A DNA stretch of 64,000 nucleotides from Octopus sinensis (GCF_006345805.1 NC_043010.1:16058001-16122000); one strand, 5' to 3'; positions 49,850 to 62,398 are shown, counted from the first letter of the stretch. Notes: generated by a model from the letters alone, not told the origin. Numbers and translations: made by a program.

Positions 49850-50497
49850 CGGATCAATTAGTAAGCAACTTTGCTTTTCCCTGTCTATTATTGCTATGTT
49901 CTGGTCTATTATTTTCTAGCTTCTTATCCATTTGAATAGGAAAGTCCCACAAAATCTTACATTTCTCCTCCTCCTCCTCCAGTGCTCTTTCAACCTGATT
50001 ATTATTATTATTTTGGTTTGGCTCAGATCTACTCTTATTCCTGCTAGGATTTATATGGATAGCAGGTTGCTTACTACCTGTAACCTTAGGTATCCACAAG
50101 TTTTTCAGCTGTCTTTTAAGTGCTGTAGTGGCTTTCATCCATTACAGTACCACCTGTGAGTACCCTTAGCAATGTTTGTTTGGTTCCAACCAGATCTCCA
50201 ACATAGGAATAACATATCTGAATGGCCCTAGAAAGGATCATGAGGGTTGCCTGTCTTCTGGCTAATCAATATGTTTTATCCCTAATCCTATTCTATGTCC
50301 CTCATTTAAGAACCCAACAATTAATTATTATATTTAATCTTACCATTCTGAGCTGTGTGCCAGATCTATGGATGGCTTTCAATAGTTCAATATATTTAAT
50401 GTATTATAGAATATTGATCTTTGTCCTTTTATATTAAAATCTTGCCTATGTAAACTTTGCCTTTCATCTTTGCAGGATCATTAAAATAAATCCCAGT
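49850..50497 (-). mobile_element. Second RLE LINE fragment including copy 2 of the 375-bp repeat
   Basis: KCKILWDFPIQMDKKLENNRP matches the ILWDF.IQTD...RPD block. Confidence 0.6.
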
Positions 50498-50514
50498 TTA
50501 TAATTATTATTATT

Positions 50515-51320
50515 ATTATTATTGCTGCTGCAAGCTGGCAAAGCCATTAACATGCTGGGCAAAATGCTTTGCAGTATTTTGCCCATCGCTATGTTCTGAG
50601 TGTTCAGATTCTGCCATGGTCAACTTTGCCTTTCATCCTTTTGGGAGTTAAAAAAATTAAGTACCAGTGAAACACTGGGGTCAATGTTATCAACTCATCC
50701 CCTTCCCCCAAAATTAACAGAAACACCCATGTTTCCAGAGGTGAATTATTCAAACCTCAAAGAATTCCTCTCAGCACATGGCTATGATGCTCCCCCACTA
50801 CATTTGCTCGTGATCAGAGATGCACATATCGTCAGCCACCAAGGGACATGCTCAACTGGTTAAGGTCAAACAACTGACAAGCAAATCTGTGGTACTGAGC
50901 AGAATATTTGCTGTAGCCCATCTTTTATACCAAGACAAAACAATGTACATGATACTACTTCCAATCAGTTAAGATCAGAAGCCATGAGAGCCACTGCCTT
51001 GGTACTGCATCCGGGCATTCATTATCATCACCACCACCACCACCATCATCATCATCTTCATCATAATCATCTTCATCATCATCATCATAATCATCATCAT
51101 CAAGAAGATAATGGGAAAGGCAGTGAGTTGGCAGAATTGTTAGCATGCCAGGTAAAACGTTTACCAGCATTTCGTCTGTCTTTGTGTTCTGAGTTCAAAT
51201 TTCGCTGAGATCATCTTTGCCTTTCATCCTTCATTCCAGTTGAGAACCAAGAGTCAAGTTGATTGATTTACCCCACCCGACACCTCTCTTCGAAATTACC
51301 GGCCTTGTGCACAAGTTAGA
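50515..51320 (+). mobile_element. Family A SINE copies (50515-50720, 51115-51320) with (CAT)n array and another repeat between
   Basis: GCTGGCA..GCATT..GTTCTGAGTTCAAATT..CTTTGCCTTTCATCC blocks. Confidence 0.6.
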
Positions 51321-51647
51321 AAAGGTGTTTTTATTTATGTTGTTCGCTGACAAACCAAAGTCAAACAGCTGACTGCAGTTGTTAAATTCTAGTTTAACCA
51401 TTTTGCATTCAGTTTATTCTGTCAAATGTTCTCCTTTTTGAGTTAATCCTGGATTATCTCGTAGCTTTCAGATTTCAATGATGTGATTGTTTATTTTCAG
51501 AATGACATTGTAGGTTATGCATGAGAAGCTGAATCTGTTTGGTCTGAACATGCAAGAAGATAAAAATATTTTGTGCCAGTTATGTTAAAAACAGTTTGGT
51601 AACTGATCTTTAGTTCCTGCAGTCTTACTTTCCACAAAATATTCATC

Positions 51648-52038
51648 AGTGGCTGTGTGGTACGTAGCTTGCTTACGAACCACATGGTTCCGGGTTCAGT
51701 CCCACTGAATGGCACCTTGGGCAAGTGTCTTCTACTATAGCCTCGGGTCGACCAAAGCCTTGTGAGTGGATTTGGTAGACGGAAACTGAAAGAAGCCCGT
51801 CGTATATATATATATATGTACGTGTGTGTATATGTTTGTGTATCTATGTTTGTCCCCCTCAACATCGCATGACAACCGATGCTTGTGTGTTTACGTCTCC
51901 GTAACTTAGCGGTTCGGCAAAACAGACCGATAGAATAAGTACTGGGCTTACAAAGAATAAGTCCTGGGGTCGATTTGCTCAACTAAAGGCGGTGCTCCAG
52001 CATGGCCACAGTCAAATGACTGAAACAAGTAAAAGAGT
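51648..52038 (+). mobile_element. Family B SINE
   Basis: Aligns to 46238-46644. Confidence 0.82.
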
Positions 52039-52211
52039 GTTTGTCGATGTAACGACAGACCTGTACCAGTTATATTTCATTTTGTTGCTTTTACTAATTC
52101 ACTTCTCTTTTGTGGACTAACATTACCATCTTCACCATCATCATCATCATCATTAAGACAAGTAACAGAAATAGTATATTGCTGTGCCGTACGATTTTTA
52201 TTTATATCTCT

Positions 52212-52640
52212 TTACATTCTCTTTACATTCGAGTATGATCGTTACCAGTGTCGCCTTACTGGCACTTATGCCTGTGCTAGTAGGGTGCCAAGAGCACCCT
52301 CCGAGCGTGATCGTTGCCAGAGCAGCCAACTGGCTTCTCTACCTGTGGCATGTAAAAGGGCACCATTCGAGCGTGATCGTTACCAACGTCGCTTCACTGG
52401 CACCTGTGCCGGTGACATGTGTAAAAAGATTCGAGCGAGGTCATTGCCAGTGCCGCCTGACTGGCCCCCATCCCGGTGGCACATAAAAAGCACCCACTAC
52501 ACTCTCCGAGTGGTTGGCGTTAGGAAGGGCATCCAGCTGTAGAACCTCTGCCAGATCAAGATTGGAGCCTGGTGCAGCCATCTGGCTGCCAGCCCTCAGT
52601 CAAAATCATCCAACCCATGCTAGCATGGAAAGCGGACGTT
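52212..52640 (+). mobile_element. Family C repeat with internal tandem subrepeats
   Basis: TTCGAGCGTGATCGTTACCA units, then GTTAGGAAGGGCATCCAGCTG...AAACGATGATGATG. Confidence 0.78.
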
Positions 52641-52771
52641 AAACGATGATGATGATGATTCTCAATTAAAATCTCTCCAAATTTTTAAGATTAATAAAAT
52701 AACTTTCCATTTGTAAGCTTTGATAGAAATTAGAAATCGTAATCTTGATAATCTTTTATTTTCTTTTGCAG

Positions 52772-52922
52772 AAAACTGGATTCCCTAATTCTGAAAGACT
52801 TACCAAATCTTAAAGAGCTTGAATTTGTAGTCGTTATGTTACAGGATTTTCACATCAACTGTCGTATTCTTACCTCCAGCATGATAGAACAGTCCCCGAA
52901 AGAGCATTTATTGTCACAATAA
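52772..52922 (+). CDS. DMAC2: DMAC2-like, exon 5 (last coding exon, TAA at 52920-52922)
   Basis: ttttgcag|A KLDSLILKDLPNLKELEFVVVMLQDFHINCRIL...SQ*; resembles vertebrate LRRLDISDLP..ILVEEMLPNCEV. The five exons total 711 nt = 236 aa + stop. Confidence 0.85.
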
Positions 52923-53195
52923 CAAAAGCCTTACTACAAAAGAAATATCTTTTAGACAGACATATTTAAGAGAGAAACATCTTTAAGATGGACATCTGTC
53001 CAAGTCTGAACTTTCAACGAGGCAAAACTTGGACAAATTTGCCAACAAACAAAAATTTTATTTCAAGGGAGGTAATTTGCTGTAATTTTATTTACGACAT
53101 CTTTTTCTCAATAGTCTCAGGAAAATGAACAATGTAAATTTTTCTTTTTCGTTTATAAAATAAATTTCTGATTTGTTAAAAAAGCTGTGTTCATA

Positions 53196-53281
53196 TTTTT
53201 TCAATTTTTCGATAATTTTTAAACTTTCTTCATTATGATGATGATGAAGAAAGTTTAAAAATTACTGAAAAATTGAAAAAA
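53196..53281. repeat. 41-bp AU-rich hairpin (4-nt loop) downstream of DMAC2 stop
   Basis: 53196-53236 pairs with 53241-53281; 1 mismatch, 2 G-T wobbles. Confidence 0.8.
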
Positions 53282-53370
53282 AATATATGAACACAGCTTT
53301 CTTAACAAATCAGAAATTTATTTTCTATTTATTTCAGGTCTTTTGTCTGATTTCCTTTCTGTCCGTCTAT

Positions 53371-53620
53371 TTTGCTTGTGTTTGGAATGCGTTAATGGAA
53401 AATATCCTGTTTTTCCATTCATTTGGAATAAAGATGGCTCCTGTGCTGGGGGCACATAAAAAGCACCCACTACACTCTTGGAGTAGTTGGCTTTAGGAAG
53501 GGCATCCAGCTGTAAAAACATCACCAGATCAGATTGGAACCTGGTGCAGCTTCCTGGCTTGTCAGTCCCAGTCAAACTGTCTAACCCATGCCAGCATGGA
53601 AAACGGACGTTAAACGACAA
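53371..53620 (+). repeat. About 250-bp direct repeat, copy 1 (copy 2 at 56306-56548): non-TE-looking flank + truncated family C element
   Basis: Shared flank TTTGCTTGTGTTTGGAATGCGTTAAT..GGAATAAAGATGGCTCC precedes the same truncated repeat. Confidence 0.8.
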
Positions 53621-53832
53621 TGATGATGGAAAGAATGCAAAATAGGATTTCAATCTGTTGCAGCTGATTTCTTAAGTACAATTTCCTTATACACACCTGT
53701 AATTATATGCGCTTTATATACACTGACAGAGTTAGAAACATCCTACATCCTATATATTTATGTGTGTGTGTGTGTGTGTATATTAAAAGCTAATATGAAA
53801 TATATTATCAGAAACTAGAGAACTGTGAAGTT

Positions 53833-54130
53833 GGGGTGGGGGAAGGGTATCTTTTTTTCTTCACAAACGTAAATAAACCCAATCTGTTTCTTAAACGAGG
53901 GACATATTCATACGGCACAGAATGTTGTTTACCTCAATGGACGTCAGTGATTGGTTGAAATTGCAGAAATTGAAGAAAAAAACAACAAATATCTTACAAA
54001 CTATAGAATTTTCTCAATAAAGCCAAGAGAAAAAGATGTTTTATAAACACATTCTACCAGTATATGAAGTTTAAAATTTTTTAGTTACCTAGAAATTATG
54101 TTAAAAACTGCCGTTCAAACTGAAAAGATC
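53833..54130 (-). mobile_element. Truncated GGG..CCC MITE (orientation B)
   Basis: One TIR lost; internal sequence matches other copies. Confidence 0.82.
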
Positions 54131-54891
54131 TGTGAAGTTTGTTTTCTAAAACCATTCACTAAAATATAATGGTTTGATCCAATTTACCATTTGCTAAGTG
54201 TGGGATGTAGGATAGCAACACTAGCCATAATGGCACTCTCTGACTTTAAGAAAAGAGTTGTTAGCAACTCCTTATATGGCAAGTGTTAATAGAGTTGTGC
54301 TGTTGATTAGCTGAGTTAGGGAATAGAATTTAATACCAAATTGAAGACAATATTTCCTATATCAGTAATAACTTTGGGAAGAACATGAAGCTTACACAGT
54401 TCCAGCCTCCATTATAAATGTACTCTCCCTTGTACCCAAGAAACCGTTTTTACACTTATAGAATAGTGTACAACCAAGGGTACAAACCAGTTTCTATTCC
54501 ATGTTGAAGTTTTTGGAATTGGTGTTAATGCAGTTCAGCAAGGAAGGAACCGTCAACATTCATCAGCTGAGAGCTGTACCATACAACAAGACAGCAAGCT
54601 TCTCTCTAAAGACATGCAGGTTCCTTGCAAAGTTCTCAGCCACCAACTTGGCTGAATATTCTTCCAAGCAAACAACACTGTAAACTCTACCACTATAAAG
54701 TCACAACATTTTCTGCCTGTTTTTTGCTTTGAAGCCCCTTCATAAGCACGCACAGACACACACACAAAACAAACTTCCTTCTGAATTCCCCATCACTGGT
54801 TTGCTCTCTTCACCATCATGTTGTTTTTCTGGCTGCTGTCACCAGACTTTATCACTCTCAGATGCTATCATTTTCACCAAATGTTTACAAT

Positions 54892-54934
<43 letters not shown>

Positions 54935-54935
<1 letters not shown>

Positions 54936-55126
54936 AGTTCAGCAAAATTTAGATTCAGATGAATATGGTACTTAAGTTAAAGGCACCAGAATTTGGTATA
55001 GTATTATCCATATAAATCAAATGGGGTGATTATAATCAAAATAAGCAACAAGGATATCCAAGGTAGTGTAGTAGCATGAAACGATTGTACTGCACTACCT
55101 TGGATATCCCTGTTGCTTATTTTGAT
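54935..55126. mobile_element. PLE leader fragment folded back on itself (39-bp inverted arms) containing a hammerhead 3' half
   Basis: 54935-55073 aligns with 700-830; 55035-55073 pairs with 55088-55126; GAAAC GATT GTA at 55078-55089. Confidence 0.75.
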
Positions 55127-55382
55127 ATATATATATATATATATAAATCAGTTAGTAGTTCATATATCCTAAAGAAGCACACTCTGAAACATTCGAGTTG
55201 TGATCTTTGGCTGGAATCTTTTTGTTTACAAAATTAACTGACCATGATGTTTTCCTCCCTTCAGTTGTAGAAAGGTTTTGTGCCTCTGGCCATTTGAATC
55301 TGACAAGTTGCCTATACAACTAAGCACTTTATAGGTGCAAAACCAATGGACACTTTCTGACTGGCCATAGTCAACAACTTTA

Positions 55383-55433
<51 letters not shown>

Positions 55434-55436
<3 letters not shown>

Positions 55437-55800
55437 CGGTAAGTAGCTTGTTTACCAACCACATGGTTCCGGGTTCAGTCCCACTGCGTGGCACCTTGGG
55501 CAAGTGTCTTCTACTATAGCCTCGGGCCAACCAAAGCCTTGTGAGTGGATTTGGTAGACGGAAACTGAAAGAAGCCTGTCGTATATATATATGTATGTGT
55601 GTGTATGTTTGTGTGTCTGTGTTTGTCCCCCTAGCATTGCTTGACAACCGATGCTGGTGTGATTATGTCCCCGTCACTTAGCGGTTCAGCAAAAGAGACC
55701 GATAGAATAAGTACTGGGCTTACAAAGAATAAGTCGAGTTGCTCGATTAAAGGCGTTGCTCCAGCATGGCTACAGTCAAAATGACTGAAACAATTAAACA
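55434..55800 (+). mobile_element. Family B SINE
   Basis: Aligns to 46238-46644. Confidence 0.82.
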
Positions 55801-56575
55801 GAGAAAGAGAAAGATATATACTAGCTGGTGTACCTGGTAATTCCTGGGGGTAAAGATGTTCTATTGAAACGCCTTATTACTGTGAGATAAGAAAGCAATT
55901 CCCAGGGCCTGTATTATCAATTTCTTCAACAACCTAAGTATGCCACAAGGTTTCCAGACATGAGTTCTACTCTTGTGCCAAGTTTCATCAAAATCAATGC
56001 AACGATGTAAGAGGAGTTAACTAACAACGCCACAACCGAAGAGATGATGTTGTGGATTTCCAATTCGGCATCCAAAACACAGAGCTTTATCTTGACTATT
56101 GAATAATTGTAACATATTATTTTATATATATATATATATATACACATGGGTTATTAAAGAATAATGTCGATGTGATTGACTGGAAAATTTTTGAAGGCTC
56201 AGTAAAGTGATAAAATAATTCTTCCCCTACGTTGGAGATGTCTCTGAGGTGAGAGTCATGGTCTGAAAGTTAGAAAGGTAATATATATATATATGTGTGT
56301 GTGTGTTTGCTTGTGTTTGGAATGCGTTAATAGAAAATATCCTGTTTTTCCATTCATTTGGAATAAAGATGGCTCCCGTGCTGGGGGCACATAAAAAGCA
56401 CCCACTACACTCTTGGAGTGGTTGGCTTTATGAAGGGCATCCAGCTGTAAAAACATCACCAGATCAGATTGGAGCCTGGTGCAGCTTCCTGGCTTGCCAG
56501 TCCCCAGTCAAACCCATGCCAGCATGGAAAACGGACATTAAACGACAACGATATATATACACACACACACATGAA

Positions 56576-56908
56576 GGTGCATAGCTCAGTGGTTAGAGCA
56601 CCGAGCTTACGACCGTCAGGTTGTGAGTTTGAATCCTGGACCGGGCTGCGTGTTGTGTTCTTGAGCAAGACACTCTATTTCATGTTCCTCCAGTTCACTC
56701 ATCTGTAGAAATGAGTTGCGACATGACTGGTGCCAAGCTGTATCGGTCCCTTTGCCTTTCCCTTGGACAACAGTGGGGGTGTGGAGAGGGGAGGCCGGTA
56801 TGCATGGGCGACTGCTGGTCTTCCGTAAACAACCTTGCTCGGACTTGTGTCTCTGAGGGTAACTTTCTAGGTGCAATCCCATGGTCATTCATGACGGAAG
56901 GGGGTTTC
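56576..56908 (+). mobile_element. tRNA-derived SINE (family D; tRNA-Arg-like head)
   Basis: A box TAGCTCAGTGG, loop CTTACGAC, B box GTTTGAATCC, then GTGTTGTGTTCTTGAGCAAGACACT and a non-tRNA body. Confidence 0.7.
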
Positions 56909-57176
56909 CACAATACACACACACACACACACATTTCTTCAGGTTATCCTGTAAAATTGTCTGTAGTGTTATTGGAGTTATCTCCCTTGTGTTTTTGGTT
57001 CTTTTTCTTTTCTCTTTTAACCTTTCTGTCCTTGAGAGATTTTCTGACTACTCATTACTTTGACAATCTCATTTGTTCAAAGCTTTCCACCCAACTGTTT
57101 TACGTATGTAACATCATGTGGCTTTGGAACAGAGTAACGTCCCTTGCATTATTTTTCCTTCTCCCTTTACTAATGT

Positions 57177-57608
57177 AGGATCTTTTCGGTTTGAACGGCA
57201 GTTTTTAACATAATTTCTAGGTAACTAAAAAATTTTAAACTTCGTATACTGGTAGAATGTGCTTATAAAACATCTTTTTCTCTTGGTTTTATTGAGAAAA
57301 TTCTATAGTTTGTAAGATATTTGTTGTTGTTTTCCTTCAATTTCTGCAATTTCAATCAATCAAATACGTCTATTTAGGTAAAAAAACATTCTGTGCCATA
57401 TGAATATGTCCCTCGTTTAAGAAACAGATTGGGTTTATTTACATTTATGAAGAAAAAAAGATACCCTTCCCTCCACCCCTAACCCTAACTCTAACCCTGA
57501 CTCTAAAACAGATTGAAATGCAATAGATCGATACTAGGGTCATAATTATGGGTGACAATTTCATATGACACCGCTAGAAAAATCTGCTGTTCAAACCGAA
57601 AAGATCCC
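57177..57608 (+). mobile_element. GGG..CCC MITE (orientation A), 6-bp TSD TAATGT/TAATAT
   Basis: TIRs intact; TSD with one mismatch. Confidence 0.88.
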
Positions 57609-58329
57609 TAATATATTGGTATAGACAAGGTTAATCAAAGTCTGGAGTGGATTTGCTAGGCAGAAACTAGAGAAATGTTAAAAAATTATGAAGTTCATGA
57701 ATTCATCTAACGAAAACTATTTCTTTGCAATAATATAATGTTCTCATTAATTAATTAAAGAAGTCGTTAGAAATGGCCGTAGTGGATTGACACCTGTACC
57801 TCTACTGTTACTTGTTTATATTTATTCACCTGTCTCAGAATCTGCCCTTTGTAAATATTATAGACCGTATATACGGAGCATCAGTAGGACCAAGAGTTCC
57901 TAAGAATATGCAATAAATAAAGTGAAATAGCCGGAAGGCTTTTCTTCAAAGAATTTGGTAAATGCAGTTCCTTAATCAGCAGCCGAAGAGGCTGGGCTGA
58001 AGTCTAGTAACCAGAGCAGAGACAGGATGGCAAAAGCTGATGGAATTATTACCTTCTCTCTCTTTCAAGTAAAAAAATAGATCATGAGATTTTTGTAGAG
58101 GAAGTGTAATATTAACAAGATACAGGTGTGATGAATGTGGGACACAGGTGAGAGTTTGTGGTGAACATGTGCTACTGGACAGGTAAGTCAGTATAGAGCA
58201 AGAAACTGACAGATAAGAAAGGGGTTATATAGACAAATGAATCAACAAGATATTTACCAAGTTTGAGTACATCCAGTATATTACTGGTACTTACCTATTT
58301 GAGAGGGGAAAGATGAGATTAATTCTTCG

Positions 58330-58760
58330 CGGTTCTCTACAATCAGTATCATCTTGAATAGTCTAACAACTAGATTTATATACAATCTATAGTATAGACA
58401 ACTATTGCAGTACATATATATGTATATATATATATATATATTCTTATTTAGATCTAAGGAAACGTCTAGGAAATTGACAACCGTCAGGTTAGAATCTATA
58501 GTTATACTAAGTCCGAAGTATTTCATTAATTGGATAATATCCTTCCTAAAACGATCCTGTGCTGGTCCATTTGTATTAGCGGTTAAAGCGAGGGCATCAT
58601 CTTTGTAGATGGCGAAATATACATATACACAACCATCACCAACAACAGATACAGGATGGCTACTACTAACACCAACACAGACTTCACATAAATATTTCTT
58701 TTAAATACTGGAGAGCTGTTGTACATCAGCTGTAAAACAAAAATTTCGTTTCTGAGATTG
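58330..58760 (-). mobile_element. PLE reverse-transcriptase fragment
   Basis: FAIYKDDALAL..GPAQDRFRKDIIQLMKYFGLSITIDSNLTVVNFLDVSLDL matches the PLE YxDD and FLDV blocks. Confidence 0.7.
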
Positions 58761-58789
58761 CTGCACACAATCAAGCCCTATGCATGGTA

Positions 58790-60475
58790 CTTATAGAAAT
58801 TTAGACCTGATATAGGGGATGCAGAAATACACATGCCACAATATGTTGTCATAGAAAAGAAAGGAGCCATCTTGGAGTTGCTGTGTACATCCGAGATGAC
58901 CCCAGGCCCCTGGTCCTGCTGTCATGTTCAAATTCAGTGTATGACACTCAAATTGTATACATAAGACAATTTGATATTTTCATATGTGCTACATATCAAA
59001 CACCAGATTCCAAATCATACAGGTAAGTTTGAAGACTGCCAAGCAAAGATAAGAGAAGTTCTCACCAAACTGGAACAACACATCAGTATATTCTTTTAGG
59101 GTGACTTTAACTTCCCCAATGTGGGATGGCCTGGAGACCAGACACTCCCAGGAATGACACACCACCAGCAAGCACAGGCGGAGTTCCTGCTCCACCTTAC
59201 CAATGCTTCTTTCATGGAACAAATTGTGCTTCAACCAACCAGGGCAAATAATATGCTGAATCTCTGCTTCACAAAGAATATGGACATTATCCATAATGTT
59301 AAAGTGACACTGATGCTGGTCCTAGACCACAACATAATAGAGCTGTCTGTGTATGAACCAAAAGCCCCTGCAGTCATACTGCCTTTCTGAAGCTTCCAAA
59401 ATCTCTCTCTTTTTTTTTTTTTCTTTTTTCTTTAGTTTCAGCTCAGAGCTTTGGCCATGCTGAAGCAAACTGGAAGTTGACTGAGAAAGAGATCTTCAAA
59501 CAGGATTGGCCTAAATGTCTCTCCACACCAGACACAATCATTTCATGTCCATAATGCAAGCCATATGTGACAAATCTGTCTCAGAGCGCAGGGCCAACAT
59601 ACACAAAAACATGATTCCTAGGGAAAGGATGATTCTTATGAGACAAAGCTTGCGAAGCACCTGAACAAGCACCCCAAAAGTAGTAAGATGTCTTACCTGG
59701 AGAGAGTGCCGTTGGAGACTGAGAAAAAGGAGAAAGCAGATAAGGAAGCTTGTGTTATAGAAAATGTCAAGTCAAACCCTAAAGCTTGATTTAAGTTTGC
59801 CAAAGAAACAGCTTCAGTACGCCACAAGATAGGACCCCTCTTCCAAAAAGATGGCTCCCTCACAGGAAACCCAATGAGGATAAGTGAAATACTGAACAAA
59901 CAGTTCCAAAGTGTGTTCAGTACACCTCTGGGACACAGGTAAGTGAACGAACTAGCAGGATTCTTTGCTACTTTACCTGTAACCAAAGAGGTGAAAATTG
60001 CTTACATCAACATTGAAGAAGATGATGTAACACTGGCCATACACGAGGTTGACACAAATTCAGCTGCTGACCTTGATGGATTCCCAGCGGTCCTTCTCAC
60101 ATCATGCAAACGAGCCCTTGCAAAACCACTGCAGCTTCTTTTTCAGAATTTTCTTGCAAGGGGTAATCTCCCAGACAAACTGAAGGAAGGGATATACCCT
60201 ATCCATAAGGGAGGGAGCAGAGCATGTGCTAAAGATTATAAGCCTATCTCTCTGACCTCACACATCATCAAGGTCATGGGATGAATAGTCCTCAAGAAAC
60301 TAATCATGTTCCTTGAAGAAAATGACTCGCTGACGGACACCCAGCATGGATTTTGACCATGTCTTGTAACATTACGACTGGGTGTTAAAACAGTTGTTAA
60401 ATGACTCAAGTGTGGATGTGATATATCTTGACTTTGCAAAAGCCTTTGATAAAGTCGACCATGGTATGATACGAG
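58790..60475 (+). mobile_element. CR1/L2-group LINE ORF2 relic (APE endonuclease + RT start)
   Basis: GVAVYIRD, GDFNFPNVGW, YPIHKGG..KDYKPISLTSHIIKVM, TQHGF, VDVIYLDFAKAFDKVDH. Confidence 0.8.
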
Positions 60476-61478
60476 GTCTGATCAGTAAGTATTTGGACTG
60501 TTGCCATAGTAATGAAGCTAAAGTACGCAGAGTGAAACCGCTTGGCAAAGATTGACCTTGAACCCTGCTGTGCATGTGCACTAAGTTTTAGCATTCTAGC
60601 TCACTGCTGTTTACAGCAGTGCTTGGAAGGAAGGTGTGTAGCGTGTGTTTGTCACATTGACTAGGACAGAGATTCCACATGGTCGCTCAGCCTGCTATAA
60701 ATAACAACCAAATCTCCCTCAAATCACATCTTTAAAATGTCTCAGATACTTTGTATCTAAAACAAAAAACCTGGGAAACCTTTGATAATAGGATTGCCTC
60801 AGCTGGAGCTGACCTGGCAGTAAACAACAACAACAATAACATGTGACACAGCTGACAACAAAAACCTGTCTGATTGTAGGGAAGGTGTCGAGAACATGAC
60901 CGGATTTATGATTATGAATTTCCCCCAAATTACCTGGTTTGTGTGTGTGTGTGTGAGTGCATGTGTGTGTGTGTGTGTCTGTGTGAGTGTGGGCGTGTGA
61001 GTGTGTGTGTGTGTGAGTGCATGTGTGTGTATGTGTGTGTACTCACAGATGCACAAAAATACATCACAGATGACCTGGATCAATAATGGTAGAGTGCTAA
61101 TTCGTAAATCATATACACGTCTTTGGAAAAGAATTTCAAGTGAACTTTGGAGGGAAAGTTTGGGTGTCAAGATATCTAAAATGAATAATCATTGATATAT
61201 TTTTAGTCGAGAAATGGGAAATAAAATCCTTAATCAAGATAAGAGAGGATTAATGTAGGATGCTGTTAATCCTACAAATGGTTTAGAGAAAAAAATTGTA
61301 CATGCAAGCATAAGCACACACACACACACACACAATTATGCATAAACACCCACACAATCACACATATACACATGTGCACACACACTCACACACACGTTTT
61401 TTTTTATCTGAAGTAGATATCTGTGTATATATACACATTGCTTTTAAGGAAACTGTGTGTGTGTGTGCATGAGGTATG

Positions 61479-61514
<36 letters not shown>

Positions 61515-61700
61515 TACATGTGTACCTGCATATGCATATGTGTGTGTGCATGAGTTATGTATACACACACACACACACACAAACATGCACACAAATACGT
61601 GTGTACCTGCATATGCATATGCATACGTGTGTGTGTGTGTGTGTGTACCTTCTGAATTTCAGAGCTCAATTGTTTAACATTGTCCTTAATTTCTGCTGTA

Positions 61701-61769
<69 letters not shown>

Positions 61770-61802
61770 ATATGTATATATATATATATATGTATATATA
61801 TG

Positions 61803-62398
61803 TGAAGCCATAACCCGTGGCCCCTACCTGGGACGTAGTCAGTCCACCTGTGCATACCTTCCTTCTTGTGACACTTGTGAAGACCTGTTGAGGCAAGTGA
61901 AAATCAAAAAATCAAACCAAATCAAAATAGATGAACATCAATGGAATTTGTATCCTTGTGGTACCAGTGCCGGTGGCACATAAGAAAACCATCCAAACGT
62001 GGCCGTAGCCAGTACCGCATTCACTGGCCTCCGTGCTGTGGGCACGTAACAAACACCATCCGATCGTGGCCGTTCGCCAGCCTTGTCTGGCACCTGTGTC
62101 GGTGGCACATAAAAACGCCATCCAAGCGTGGCCGTCTGCCAGCCTCGTCTGGCACCTGTGTCGGTGGCACATAAAAAACACCATCCGAGCGTGGCCGTCT
62201 GCCAGCCTCGTCTGGCACCTGTGTCGGTGGCACACAAAATCCACTACACTCTCGGAGTGGTTGGCGTTAGGAAGGGCATCCAGCTGTAGAAACACTGCCA
62301 GATCTGACTGGCCTGGTGCAGCCTTCGGGCTTGCCAGACCCCAGTTGAACCGTCCAACCCATGCTAGCATGGAAAGCGGACGTTAAACGATGATGATG

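Noticed and set aside
50984-51208. Poly-His ORF
   Set aside because: (CAT/CAC)n array between repeats; no splice or gene context.
56576-56650. Possible tRNA-Arg gene
   Set aside because: Stems are imperfect, there is no poly-T terminator, and it runs into a SINE body.
62038-62226. Regularly spaced ~62-bp repeats resembling a CRISPR-like array
   Set aside because: Units are contiguous tandem subrepeats of an RTE 3' UTR with no unique spacers; eukaryotic context.
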